Positions 1-9,108 of a stretch of 40,654 bases of DNA are shown piece after piece (within the stretch, counting starts at the first letter, position 1; the number at the start of each line of letters is the position of its first letter). A program made the position numbers and the translations under genes. Origin of the DNA: Cyanobacteriota bacterium (GTDB lineage: Bacteria > Cyanobacteriota > Cyanobacteriia > Prochlorotrichales > Prochlorotrichaceae); contig JBEAPM010000084.1 in the NCBI GenBank assembly GCA_041164445.1, forward strand, positions 1 through 40,654. Direction: 5' to 3'. The notes beneath the pieces are model-generated. The model saw nothing but the letters and a program-made list of their open reading frames with translations. It did no database searches and had not been told where the DNA came from.

Positions 1-303
1 GAGGTTATGGGTTTAGAAATGTTAAAAGATTTGAACTGCGTTCTCTAATTTGTTGGCACTTTACGAAATGCAGTCCATAGATAACTATTTTTGTCAAGCA
101 TATTAAATCCAGAAGAGCCAATATTAGTAGTATTTTGGCACTAGCATTTTCCTCTGGACTGCTATCAGATGTTGCATATTCTTATTTATATAAACGAGCT
201 AAGAATATTTTTAATGAAACAAATGACAATAATCAACAGTCTTCGCAAAGTAGCAATCCTCCATCACAAGATGGTAAAGAAAGTGGACCTGATCAGGCAG
301 ATA

Positions 304-1475
304 AGCTGTCAAGCATCTAAATTACATCTATTAAATTTCCTTTGTTTTTAAGGTTTCATCCCCAGTTAATGATCAACTCACCTTCATTGAGCAGTTTATT
401 TAAAAGAGATTCTACTTGTTCGATTGAATTAAAAAGTCGATTAGCAATAAATTCTTTTGCTGAATGCCAAACAAGTTCTATCAGGTTGTAATCTGGGCTA
501 TATTCAGGCAAGAACTCTAAAACTAAATTAGGCATTTCATTTTTGATCCTCTCTAGAAATTCTTTAGTTTTATGAATACTAGCATTATCTAAAATTAATA
601 TTATTTTATGATCACTTGTGTCAAAATCTTCTGAATGCGAATCGTTCCACTCACATCTTACATGATTATAAAATCCTTTAAGTACACTATAAAAACTTTC
701 TCCAGTCCCCTTCTTTAAAAAATCTACATAACGCTTTTTATCAGAAAAACGTAATCCACCCATTACATTAACTCTACCTTTTCTCCGTCTTCCTGATACT
801 TTTCTACGCTGACCTTTTTTAGTCCAAGTTTTTCCTCTTCCCGGCTTTAAACAGAAGCCTGATTCGTCCCAAAACCATATCTGGAGCAGGTCTGGCGACT
901 CTTTTGATATTTTTATATATTCATCCAATTTCTTCTTAAATAGCTCTCTTTTTTCAGGATCTTGTCGTTCTTCTAAGCTATACTTTGACCAAATATAAAC
1001 AAACTTATTTTTTTTGAGAATTCTTCTTACTTGACTTGAACTTAATTTGATTCCTGTCTCTTTCTCTAAGTGTTGAGCTAAGCGTTCTGCTGTCCACCGA
1101 CCAAATTCATAATCAAATTCTTGAGGCTCTTTGTCTATCAGTTCACCTAATAATTTAATATACTCCGGCGTGGCTTTATTGAAATTTCCCTTCATTCTTT
1201 TATCAATAAGACTCTCCAGATCACTAGGGTCACCATGTGTACACCAATAAGCAACTTTTCTCAATGAACACCCTAAAAAATCAGCTATTTCCTGGTATTC
1301 TTTCCCATCATCTCTTAAGAGAAGGATAAGGATTCTTTCTCGAATATCTGGATGCTCGTGATACTTCAACTCATGCTGTAAATTTTGGCGTTCTTCCACT
1401 GTCAAATAGTTTTTGATTCTCATAAAATATGTACTGTTTTTATACTATTATAGCACATTTAGATGCCGATCAGCT
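304..1475 (-). mobile_element. IS630-family insertion sequence, about 1.17 kb
   Basis: Imperfect terminal inverted repeats TAAGCTGTCAAGCATCTAAAT (302-322) and ATTTAGATGCCGATCAGCTTA (1457-1477). Each is bounded by a flanking TA (302-303 and 1476-1477), the target duplication typical of IS630/Tc1. The element encloses one intact transposase ORF and is AT-rich relative to the rest of the window. Confidence 0.8.
356..1423 (-). CDS. IS630-family DDE transposase (355 aa)
   Basis: N-terminal helix-turn-helix-like region (LRKVAYW, RRILKK). Acidic-triad context typical of IS630/Tc1-mariner: WFWDESGF, LILDNASIHK, PEYSPDYNLIELVW. Confidence 0.85.
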   Translation of the reverse strand: MRIKNYLTVEERQNLQHELKYHEHPDIRERILILLLRDDGKEYQEIADFLGCSLRKVAYWCTHGDPSDLESLIDKRMKGNFNKATPEYIKLLGELIDKEPQEFDYEFGRWTAERLAQHLEKETGIKLSSSQVRRILKKNKFVYIWSKYSLEERQDPEKRELFKKKLDEYIKISKESPDLLQIWFWDESGFCLKPGRGKTWTKKGQRRKVSGRRRKGRVNVMGGLRFSDKKRYVDFLKKGTGESFYSVLKGFYNHVRCEWNDSHSEDFDTSDHKIILILDNASIHKTKEFLERIKNEMPNLVLEFLPEYSPDYNLIELVWHSAKEFIANRLFNSIEQVESLLNKLLNEGELIINWG

Positions 1476-1849
1476 TACAATGCTATGCACAACGTTGTCG
1501 TACAGAAAATTTCCCTGGACAAAGGAGAAGCGTTCCATACCAAACGCATTCGCAAGATGCTGTATACAAGACATGAATTTAAGAGTTAGAGAAAGCAAGA
1601 GTGAGAAACTTCACCCAAACAGGGCATTCAGAAGGTAACTCTCTCCCCGTCGGCACTGAATAGTCGTCCGGCACCAATTTCTATAGACTCGTAATAATAG
1701 TTTTCTATGAAGGCGCACATAATGCAAATATTTGCAAAGATCAGAGTTAAATAAATTATTAGGATTGACTTATATCTATAATTGCTGATGAAACCGTACT
1801 ATCAAGATCAAGGGATGAAGAGGATAAAAGCGCTCAGGGGGAATTAAGG

Positions 1850-2402
1850 ATGACCCAGAGCCTGATAACGGAGCAGAAAACCTGGACTGATCAAGCATTT
1901 ATGGCGCTGAATCGGGATGAACATCACTATGAATTGGTCAATAGAGAGGTGGTTGACGTGGGAAATTCAGGCATGGAGCATAGTCATCTTGCCTGCCTCT
2001 TAGTGATTCAATTGGGAGCTTACATTCAAACCCATAAATTAGGCTACCAACTTAAGGCGGAAGAGTGCGGCGCTCCGCGCCGCACTCTTCCGTTAAATTT
2101 TTTCGCTTTCAGTGGAAAGCCATAAATTATGGCAGTATTTGCGATTCCAGTACGGCCTTTACGCTGAAAAATGGCAATAAACGATCGCCGGATGTTTCCT
2201 TTGTCAGTCGCACACGCTTAAAAAGCCTGCGCCGACCACCCCGTGGGTTTGGTTGATTCATCCCGATGAAAAGCATGTACTGGTCTATCACAGCCCTGAA
2301 CCCGATCGCTTTTTGCGCGGGGGAGATCATCTAGAGGGGGAGGAAGTCGTGCCAGGCTTTTCGATGGCGGTAGCCACTTTATTTGAACCGTGGGATTTTT
2401 AA
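1850..2402 (+). pseudogene. Uma2 (DUF820) family endonuclease, disrupted
   Basis: The N-terminal part (to THKLG) is in one frame. An 80-bp repeat element is inserted at 2042-2121. GSICDSSTAFTLKNGNKRSPDVSFVSRTRLKSL continues in a second frame. The C-terminal WLIHPDEKHVLVYHSPEPDRFLRGGDHLEGEEVVPGFSMAVATLFEPWDF lies in a third frame, and the catalytic middle part is missing. Confidence 0.7.
2042..2121 (+). mobile_element. MITE-like repeat, family A, full-length 80 bp
   Basis: GGCTACCAACTTAAGGCGGAAGAGTGCGGCGC-TCC-GCGCCGCACTCTTCCGTTAAATTTTTTCGCTTTCAGTGGAAAGCC with a perfect 15-bp internal hairpin stem (2059-2091). Flanked by the 8-bp direct duplication ATAAATTA (2034-2041 and 2122-2129). Confidence 0.8.
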
Positions 2403-3551
2403 CTACGATCGAATTTGTACCGGCATGACCAAATAAGTCATTTTCACTTCGCCCAATGGGGTCAAAATCACTGGACTCGTAGCGGTGTTCAGTTGCATCT
2501 GAATTTCCGCCGCTGGGAGAGACTTGAGGCCATCCATCAGATATTTGACGTTAAAGGCAATTTCTAAGCTTTCACCAGAAACCTGAGCCGGTAAGGATTC
2601 CTGACCACTGCCCACATCCTGAGCCTCCACAGAGAGCATAATATTCTGTTGCTCTTGGCTGAGGGTTAATTTGACCACATTATTTTTTTGATCCGCTAAC
2701 ACAGCAATCCGCTCTAGAGCAGCAACGAGGAGCTTACGATCGAGGGTGACTTGGCGCTCAAATTGTTGGGGGATCAGTTGCTGATAATTGGGATACTGAC
2801 CATCCAAGGTGCGACTCGTGAGGTATTGATCGCCCCATTGAAAGACCGTTTGCCCTTGGTCAAAGTAGAGGGCGATGGCATCCTCCGTACTGCGGGCCGT
2901 AACCATGCGCTCTAAATCCCGCAAAGCTCGCCCTGGAATCGTCACTTCAAAGGCTTCTACCCCTGAGCTTAAGCCGGGTTCATCCTCGGCATTAAAGGTA
3001 CTCACAACCGCTAAACGGTGACCGTCGGTCGCGGCAAATTCTAATCCGTCCGGCTGTACCCGCAAATGCACCCCCGTCAGTACTTGCTTGGTTTCATCCG
3101 TACTGGTGGCAAACAAAGTCCCCCGCAGCCCTTCCACCAATGCTTCCACAGAAAGTTTCGCGGCTTCTCCTGATTCCACCAAGGGAAGTTGGGGAAATTC
3201 ATCGGCATCCATGCCCCGAACCTTATACTGCCCCGACCCCGTCACTAAGTTCACAACCCCCTCTTCCCCCAGTAAGAGGGTAATTTCTGCATCAGAAGAC
3301 AACCGAGTCACAATATCCGTCAAGAGCTTAGAGGGTAAGGTAATTGCCCCACTGCTTTCAATATTCGCAGGAAAAGAAGTTTGAATCCCTAAACTCAGAT
3401 CAAACCCCGTTAAGCTAACGCGCTGAGTTCCAGCATCGGCGGTGAGGAGAATGTTCGCTAAAACCGGATGGCTGGGACGAGAGGGGACGGCCCTAGCGAC
3501 CAAAGAAAGATTGGCACTCAGATCAGTTTGGTTGCAGACCAGTTTCATCAA
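2403..3551 (-). CDS. dnaN: DNA polymerase III beta sliding clamp
   Basis: A 382-aa ORF with the characteristic N-terminus MKLVCNQTDLSANLSLVARAVPSRPSHPVLANILL and a three-domain-length beta clamp. It lies next to the DnaA-box cluster. Confidence 0.95.
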   Translation of the reverse strand: MMKLVCNQTDLSANLSLVARAVPSRPSHPVLANILLTADAGTQRVSLTGFDLSLGIQTSFPANIESSGAITLPSKLLTDIVTRLSSDAEITLLLGEEGVVNLVTGSGQYKVRGMDADEFPQLPLVESGEAAKLSVEALVEGLRGTLFATSTDETKQVLTGVHLRVQPDGLEFAATDGHRLAVVSTFNAEDEPGLSSGVEAFEVTIPGRALRDLERMVTARSTEDAIALYFDQGQTVFQWGDQYLTSRTLDGQYPNYQQLIPQQFERQVTLDRKLLVAALERIAVLADQKNNVVKLTLSQEQQNIMLSVEAQDVGSGQESLPAQVSGESLEIAFNVKYLMDGLKSLPAAEIQMQLNTATSPVILTPLGEVKMTYLVMPVQIRS

Positions 3552-3704
3552 AAGTCCTCAGAGAACTTGCTTGGATTCAAAGCTCATGGATTTTAACACT
3601 ACTCGGTTCTTCTCATCCACCCATCTCTGAGGTCTGATCGATTAACCTTGGCTTAACTCTTCTTCTTTCCTAATTTTAAATTTAAAATTAGTAGTAGTAG
3701 GGCC

Positions 3705-3900
3705 TGTGGAAAATGTTAATAAAGATCTGGAACTCCTACTCCGTAAGCTTTTGACCCACTTAGAGCCTGTGGAAAACCTGTGGAAAAAAGGGCACCTTTT
3801 TCCACAGTTCAAATGAACTATTGAATTTGTCCACAGGTTTTAGTGAGTTTTACACAGGGTTTTCCACAGGTTTTCCACAGAAAAAGGGCAGTTTTCCACA
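3705..3900. promoter_or_regulatory. DnaA-box cluster, probable chromosomal replication origin (oriC)
   Basis: Seven perfect TTTTCCACA/TGTGGAAAA 9-mers: 3705-3713, 3768-3776 and 3779-3787 in one orientation, and 3798-3806, 3860-3868, 3871-3879 and 3892-3900 in the other. Two one-mismatch boxes at 3827-3835 and 3848-3856. A 100% A+T 20-mer sits at 3671-3690 between the boxes and dnaN. Confidence 0.75.
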
Positions 3901-3953
3901 GGTTTTGTCGAGGTTTATCTTGTCGAATCAGATTATCTTTTCCTTAAGATTTT

Positions 3954-3978
3954 GGCGACCAACTTAAGGCGGAAAGCC
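3954..3978 (+). repeat. Family A repeat, 25-bp internally deleted mini-copy
   Basis: GGCGACCAACTTAAGGCGG joined directly to AAAGCC, that is, the left end fused to the right end. Flanked by AAGATTTT (3946-3953) and AAGATTGT (3979-3986). Confidence 0.5.
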
Positions 3979-4219
3979 AAGATTGTGGGTTTTTCTCTGA
4001 AACGGACAAAATCGACAGGAGTCAAGGATGTGCATCTGAACCCTTTTTTTCGCTTCAGTTTATGACCTAGATCACCAAATCTAGAGACTGAAACCACAGG
4101 CTGTATTAGGTTCTTCTCACCCCTCATTTTCCGTACAATCACGCAGCTATTTCTGCTCTGTCACTGAGAACGTCTTGAGAATTACGGATGATGGACACGA
4201 GTTGAGAGAGGAGAACCAG

Positions 4220-4717
4220 ATGCTTCAGTATGTTAAGACTGTGCTACAGAGTGCTCGGGTGGGGCTTACCCCCGTGCTGTTGCCGTTGGGCGTAAGTGTA
4301 TTGATGGGAATGCAGCCCCTTCCCGCGATCGCAGAGGCTCTGTTTATTTACGCGAATACACCGACAACGGATTCTCTGGTGACCTTCTCGGGTTCCGATC
4401 GCTTCGCCCGGGTAGAAATTGAGCCATCGGGGTGGTGGACGATCCAGTGGCGTGATGGTCAGCAGGTGCGGTTCCAGTTTATCGATGCCAACCTGGCCCA
4501 AGTGGAAGACGATCGTATTGCCGACACGGTGGTGAAAGCCTCCTATGAGCAAGAATTTCTACCCAGCACCGGTGAGTTTCGCTATACCCTTCGCCACGAT
4601 CGCGGTGAATTTAGCTTTTTGGTGGTCGCTACCGATGGCCCGGGGTATATCGATCGAGAGGTGATGTTGGCGGAGCAAGAAGAATCCGGGTTGCAATTGG
4701 TCGGTAATTTCGAGTGA
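4220..4717 (+). CDS. Hypothetical protein with an N-terminal signal/TM segment
   Basis: The ORF track opens at 4175 on TTG; ATG at 4220 gives MLQYVKTVLQSARVGLTPVLLPLGVSVLMGMQPLPAIAEA followed by a soluble domain. I recognised no family. Confidence 0.5.
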   Translation: MLQYVKTVLQSARVGLTPVLLPLGVSVLMGMQPLPAIAEALFIYANTPTTDSLVTFSGSDRFARVEIEPSGWWTIQWRDGQQVRFQFIDANLAQVEDDRIADTVVKASYEQEFLPSTGEFRYTLRHDRGEFSFLVVATDGPGYIDREVMLAEQEESGLQLVGNFE

Positions 4718-4848
4718 AGGGTGCGAGATGCCCTGAATTGAGTGATTTCATCTGCCGCAGGAGCCGTAGAAAAGTGTCCTAAGTGAACAAAGCATCAGAA
4801 ACCTCGGTACACTAGGAGCGGATTTGTCAATTCAGAGGACAGAATATC

Positions 4849-5724
4849 GTGGTTTACCGTAAGCAGCCCGTGGGCAACAACCCTATTACGATTATTGTGG
4901 CGATCGTGGTGGGCTTAATTGCCTTGATCGGTCTGAACTCGATCGTGATTATTACTCCTGGTCAAGCCGGGGTGATTAGTATTCTCGGAAAGGCCCAGAA
5001 TACCCCACTGCTAGAAGGTCTACACTACAAGCCCCCCCTGGTGTCTACTGTTGATATTTATGATGTCACGGTACAAAAATTTGAAGTGCCTGCGGAAAGT
5101 TCTACCCGCGATCTGCAAACCTTGAGTGCTAGTTTTGCCATTAACTTTCGCCTCGATCCCATTAAGGTCGTCGAAATTCGTCGGACTCAAGGGACGTTGC
5201 AAAACATTGTGGCCAAGATTATTGCGCCCCAAACTCAGGAATCCTTCAAAATTGCAGCTTCTTTGCGAACAGCGGAAGAGTCGGTGACCCAGCGGAGTCT
5301 CTTGAAGGAAGATTTTGATGCGGCTCTCACCGCTCGTTTAGAGAATTACGGCATTATTGTCTTAGATACGAGTGTTGTCGATCTCAACTTTTCCAAGGAA
5401 TTTGCCTCTGCTGTAGAAGATAAGCAAATTGCAGAGCAGCGGGCACAGCGGGCGGTTTACGTGGCCCAAGAAGCTGAGCAGGAAGCCCAGGCTGAAATTA
5501 ATCGTGCTAAAGGTCGGGCCGAAGCTCAACGTCTCTTAGCGGAAAGTTTAACCGGCCCCGGTGGGGATTTAGTGTTGAAACGGGAAGCGATTGATGTTTG
5601 GGGACGGGGTGGCGCTCAAATGCCTAAAGTGTTGGTGATGGGTGGGGATCAGCAAAAAACACCTCCGTTCATCTTTAATTTGGGCGATTTGACTACCGAT
5701 GCGGCGGCGGATGAGGCGGTGTAA
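4849..5724 (+). CDS. SPFH/band-7 (prohibitin-like) membrane protein
   Basis: N-terminal TM helix, then a prohibitin-like core (ITPGQAGVISILGK, YDVTVQKFEV) and a coiled-coil tail EQRAQRAVYVAQEAEQEAQAEINRAKGRAEAQRLLAESL. Confidence 0.85.
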   Translation: MVYRKQPVGNNPITIIVAIVVGLIALIGLNSIVIITPGQAGVISILGKAQNTPLLEGLHYKPPLVSTVDIYDVTVQKFEVPAESSTRDLQTLSASFAINFRLDPIKVVEIRRTQGTLQNIVAKIIAPQTQESFKIAASLRTAEESVTQRSLLKEDFDAALTARLENYGIIVLDTSVVDLNFSKEFASAVEDKQIAEQRAQRAVYVAQEAEQEAQAEINRAKGRAEAQRLLAESLTGPGGDLVLKREAIDVWGRGGAQMPKVLVMGGDQQKTPPFIFNLGDLTTDAAADEAV

Positions 5725-5727
5725 GCC

Positions 5728-6357
5728 ATGAGCCCGAGTGCCTTAATTTCCCCCCTGCCACCATCCTTGGATCAGATGGCTGTAGCTCCCCTCCAGTTAG
5801 GGGTCTTGGCCTCCGGTAGTGGTAGTAATTTTGAGGCTATTTTGACCGCGATCGTTCAAGGGCATCTGCAAGCTACGGTCAAGGTCTTGATTTACAACAA
5901 TCCCGAGGCCAAAGTGGCGGATCGGGCCGATCGCTGGGGCATTCCCAAAGTTCTGCTCGATCATCGTACCTTTGGCCAACGGGAAGACTTGGATCACGCG
6001 ATCGTGTCAGTCTTTCAGACCCATGGGGTGGATTGGGTGGTGATGGCGGGCTGGATGCGGATCGTCACGCCGGAGTTGATTAATGCCTATCCCCAGCGCA
6101 TCGTCAATATTCACCCCAGTCTTTTGCCTGCTTTTAAGGGGATCAGAGCGATCGAGCAGGCCTTGACCGCTGGGGTGGCCATCGCCGGGTGTACCGTGCA
6201 TCTAGTGGAGCCCGAAGTGGATAGTGGTCGTATTCTTATGCAGGCGGCGGTACCCGTTCTGCCAGAAGATACCCCAGCAACCCTACAGGCTCGGATTCAA
6301 GTCCAGGAACATCACATCTTTCCCGCTGCCTTGCAACGCCTTGCCCTCGATGGGTAG
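5728..6357 (+). CDS. purN: Phosphoribosylglycinamide formyltransferase
   Basis: LGVLASGSGSNFEAI, VVMAGWMRIV, NIHPSLLPAFKG and GCTVHLV..EVDSGRIL motifs at a PurN-like length (209 aa). Confidence 0.9.
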   Translation: MSPSALISPLPPSLDQMAVAPLQLGVLASGSGSNFEAILTAIVQGHLQATVKVLIYNNPEAKVADRADRWGIPKVLLDHRTFGQREDLDHAIVSVFQTHGVDWVVMAGWMRIVTPELINAYPQRIVNIHPSLLPAFKGIRAIEQALTAGVAIAGCTVHLVEPEVDSGRILMQAAVPVLPEDTPATLQARIQVQEHHIFPAALQRLALDG

Positions 6358-6467
6358 AGACGGTTTCAAACCTATCTTTACAGTCTTACGCGGAAAGCCG
6401 CATTCGTATAAGATTAAAAAATGTCTAAATTAGAGTCTCTAATTCTGTTTTTAACGAGGGAACCATA

Positions 6468-6722
6468 ATGAGTGACCAGGACAAGGAAATTTACACCCAG
6501 GTCAAAGCGATCGTGATCGATAAACTGGGGGTTGAAGAGGAAGATAAAGTGAAGCCAGAAGCGAACTTTGCCAATGATCTGGGGGCTGACTCCTTGGATG
6601 TTGTGGAAATGGTGATGGCTTTAGAAGATCAATTTGGAATCGAAATTCCGGATGAAGATGCGGAAGGGATTGCTACGGTACAGGATGCCGTAAGCTACAT
6701 CGCCCAGAAAAAAGCGGCATAA
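6468..6722 (+). CDS. acpP: Acyl carrier protein
   Basis: An 84-aa protein with the phosphopantetheine attachment motif [17 protein letters not shown]. It lies directly upstream of fabF. Confidence 0.95.
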   Translation: MSDQDKEIYTQVKAIVIDKLGVEEEDKVKPEANFANDLGADSLDVVEMVMALEDQFGIEIPDEDAEGIATVQDAVSYIAQKKAA

Positions 6723-6885
6723 CCGTTTCTAACGCGGAACGGCGAACGCGGAGTGAGGAAATCTTGAAATGGGGGCGCGGAATGCGGAGTCGGAAACCCA
6801 GTTCCGCTTTCCGAGTTCTCACTTCTAACTTTGAATTTATCCCTGGTGATAGGGACTAGCAGAACTGCTCAGCATTACGGATATC

Positions 6886-8145
6886 ATGACCAATCTAGTG
6901 GGAAGACGTGTTGTTGTTACGGGCTTAGGGGCCATTACCCCCTTAGGCAATACCTTGGATGCTTATTGGCAAGGGTTGGTAGAGGGCAAAAGCGGTATCG
7001 ATCGCATTACCCATTTTGATGCCTCCGCCCATAAGTGCAAAATTGCCGGTGAAGTGAAGGGCTTTAATCCAGCGGACTTTTTGGATGCCAAGGAAGCCCA
7101 ACGGATGGATCGATTTGCCCAATTTGCGATCGTGGCGGCTCGTCAAGCGTTACAGGATGCCCAGTTTGAAATTACGGATCTCAATAGCAATGATGTTGGG
7201 GTCATTATTGGTACGGGGATTGGTGGAATTAAGGTATTGGAAGATCAACAGACCATCCTCCTCCAGAAAGGCCCGAATCGCTGTAGCCCCTTCATGGTGC
7301 CCATGATGATAGCCAATATGGCGGCAGGCCTAGTGGCGATCGACACCGGAGCCCAGGGCCCCAATAGCTGTCCCGTGACCGCCTGTGCTTCCGGTTCCAA
7401 TGCGGTGGGAGATGCCTTCCGGATCATTCAACAAGGCTATGCCAAAGCCATGATTTGCGGTGGCACAGAATCTGCCGTCACCCCCGTCTCCGTGGCAGGA
7501 TTTTCCTCTGCTCGGGCCTTATCTTTCAATAACGACGATCCCCTCCATGCTTGTCGTCCCTTTGATAAAAATCGGGATGGCTTTGTCATGGGAGAAGGGG
7601 CTGGAGTACTCTTCTTGGAAGAACTGGAGCAAGCCCAAAGCCGAGGAGCCCACATTTATGCTGAGGTAGTGGGCTATGGCATGACCTGTGATGCCTATCA
7701 TATTACCTCCCCCGTTCCCGGTGGTTTAGGGGCCGCTCGGGCGATGGAATTGTGTTTGCAAGATGCTGGGGCGACCCCAGAAGCCGTCACTTATATTAAT
7801 GCCCACGGTACCAGTACCCCCGCCAACGACAAAACCGAAACCGAGGCGATCAAAAAAGTCCTAGGCGATCATGCTTATCGGATTCCCATTAGTTCCACCA
7901 AATCCATGACCGGACACCTGTTGGGAGGAGCTGGTGGTATTGAAGCCGTTGCCTTAGCGAAGATTATTGCTCACGATCGTGTGCCCCCCACCATCAACTT
8001 AGATACTCCCGATCCGGAATGTGATTTAGACTATGTGCCCGGAACCTGTCGGGAACACACCGTTGATCTCGCCCTCTCCAACTCCTTCGGCTTTGGCGGC
8101 CATAATGTCACCCTAGCGTTTCGGAAGTATAACCCCTCCGTCTAA
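6886..8145 (+). CDS. fabF: Beta-ketoacyl-ACP synthase II
   Basis: RRVVVTGLGAITPLG, active-site context ACASGSNA, HGTSTPANDKTE and SNSFGFGGHN, at 419 aa. Confidence 0.95.
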   Translation: MTNLVGRRVVVTGLGAITPLGNTLDAYWQGLVEGKSGIDRITHFDASAHKCKIAGEVKGFNPADFLDAKEAQRMDRFAQFAIVAARQALQDAQFEITDLNSNDVGVIIGTGIGGIKVLEDQQTILLQKGPNRCSPFMVPMMIANMAAGLVAIDTGAQGPNSCPVTACASGSNAVGDAFRIIQQGYAKAMICGGTESAVTPVSVAGFSSARALSFNNDDPLHACRPFDKNRDGFVMGEGAGVLFLEELEQAQSRGAHIYAEVVGYGMTCDAYHITSPVPGGLGAARAMELCLQDAGATPEAVTYINAHGTSTPANDKTETEAIKKVLGDHAYRIPISSTKSMTGHLLGGAGGIEAVALAKIIAHDRVPPTINLDTPDPECDLDYVPGTCREHTVDLALSNSFGFGGHNVTLAFRKYNPSV

Positions 8146-8147
8146 CG

Positions 8148-8209
8148 AAAAAATTTAATGGAAGAGTGCGGCGCTTCGCGCCGCACTCTTCCGCCTTAAG
8201 TTGGTAGCC
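8148..8209 (-). mobile_element. Family A repeat, 62-bp short variant
   Basis: Contains the full hairpin and the GGCTACCAACTTAAGG end but lacks the 18-bp CGCTTTCAGTGGAAAGCC end. Flanked by a perfect 8-bp duplication GTCTAACG (8140-8147 and 8210-8217) that includes the fabF stop codon. Confidence 0.75.
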
Positions 8210-8434
8210 GTCTAACGCTCAAAAAACGGTATCAAGACCCAGGGGCCCAACCCCTGGAGCGCAGGAGGGCTTCCCGAATCATCGTCTTCTACCTGTTGTG
8301 CAGTCAGAGTTTTGGTTGCAAAAGACCCAGGATGTCTTTTTCTCTTGAACGCCTTGAACCCCAGAGGAGTAGAATAGGATGTCGTTCATGTAGCGTCTCC
8401 GTGGGAGAATCGTTCGTATCCAAGGCATAAGCAC

Positions 8435-8992
8435 ATGATTTCAAGTAATGACTTCAGAACGGGTACAACTGTAGAGTTGGATGGTTCTGTGTGGCGTGTC
8501 GTTGAGTTTTTACACGTTAAACCGGGTAAAGGCTCAGCATTTGTTCGTACAAAGTTAAAAAATGCCCAAACTGGCAGCGTTGTGGAACGCACCTTTCGGG
8601 CGGGGGAGACAGTTCCGCAGGCAACCTTAGAGAAGCGTGTGATGCAACACACCTATATCGAAGGTGAAGATTATGTTTTCATGGACATGGACAGCTATGA
8701 AGAGAGTCGCCTGAAAGCCGATCAAATTGGCGATCGGGTGAAGTATCTTAAAACAGAAATGGAAGTGAGCGTGGTGACGTGGAAAGAGCAGGTGATTGAT
8801 GTCGAATTACCAAACTCCGTTGTTTTAGAGGTTGTGGAAACCGATCCCGGTGTGAAGGGAGATACCGCAACGGGAGGAACAAAACCCGCGAAGCTGGAAA
8901 CCGGGGCTCAGGTCATGGTGCCGCTGTTCATTAGCCAAGGAGAGCGTATCCGCATTGACACCCGCAATGACTCTTACCTGGGGCGGGAATAA
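8435..8992 (+). CDS. efp: Elongation factor P
   Basis: [43 protein letters not shown] is a classic EF-P N-terminus; 185 aa. Confidence 0.95.
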   Translation: MISSNDFRTGTTVELDGSVWRVVEFLHVKPGKGSAFVRTKLKNAQTGSVVERTFRAGETVPQATLEKRVMQHTYIEGEDYVFMDMDSYEESRLKADQIGDRVKYLKTEMEVSVVTWKEQVIDVELPNSVVLEVVETDPGVKGDTATGGTKPAKLETGAQVMVPLFISQGERIRIDTRNDSYLGRE

Positions 8993-9108
8993 AGACAGGT
9001 TAGGTTCTCCGTTTTGGGTATTGCATCCAATTTGGATTCAATACTTAAAAGTTAGCTGAATTGTCTAGTCTGTGTGTGTCGGTCTTACCGCCCCTACACA
9101 CCCCAATA

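Noticed and set aside
1429-1638. A 69-aa plus-strand ORF beginning inside the IS630 right end
   Set aside because: Its first roughly 16 codons are IS terminal sequence. Only the part after the TA at 1476-1477 could belong to a host ORF, and even that has no support beyond frame continuity.
3552-3704. Absence of dnaA next to dnaN as an anomaly
   Set aside because: In many cyanobacteria dnaA and dnaN are unlinked, so its absence from this window is not informative.
8386-8652. An 88-aa minus-strand ORF overlapping the efp start
   Set aside because: It is antisense to a highly conserved EF-P coding region and has no recognisable features.
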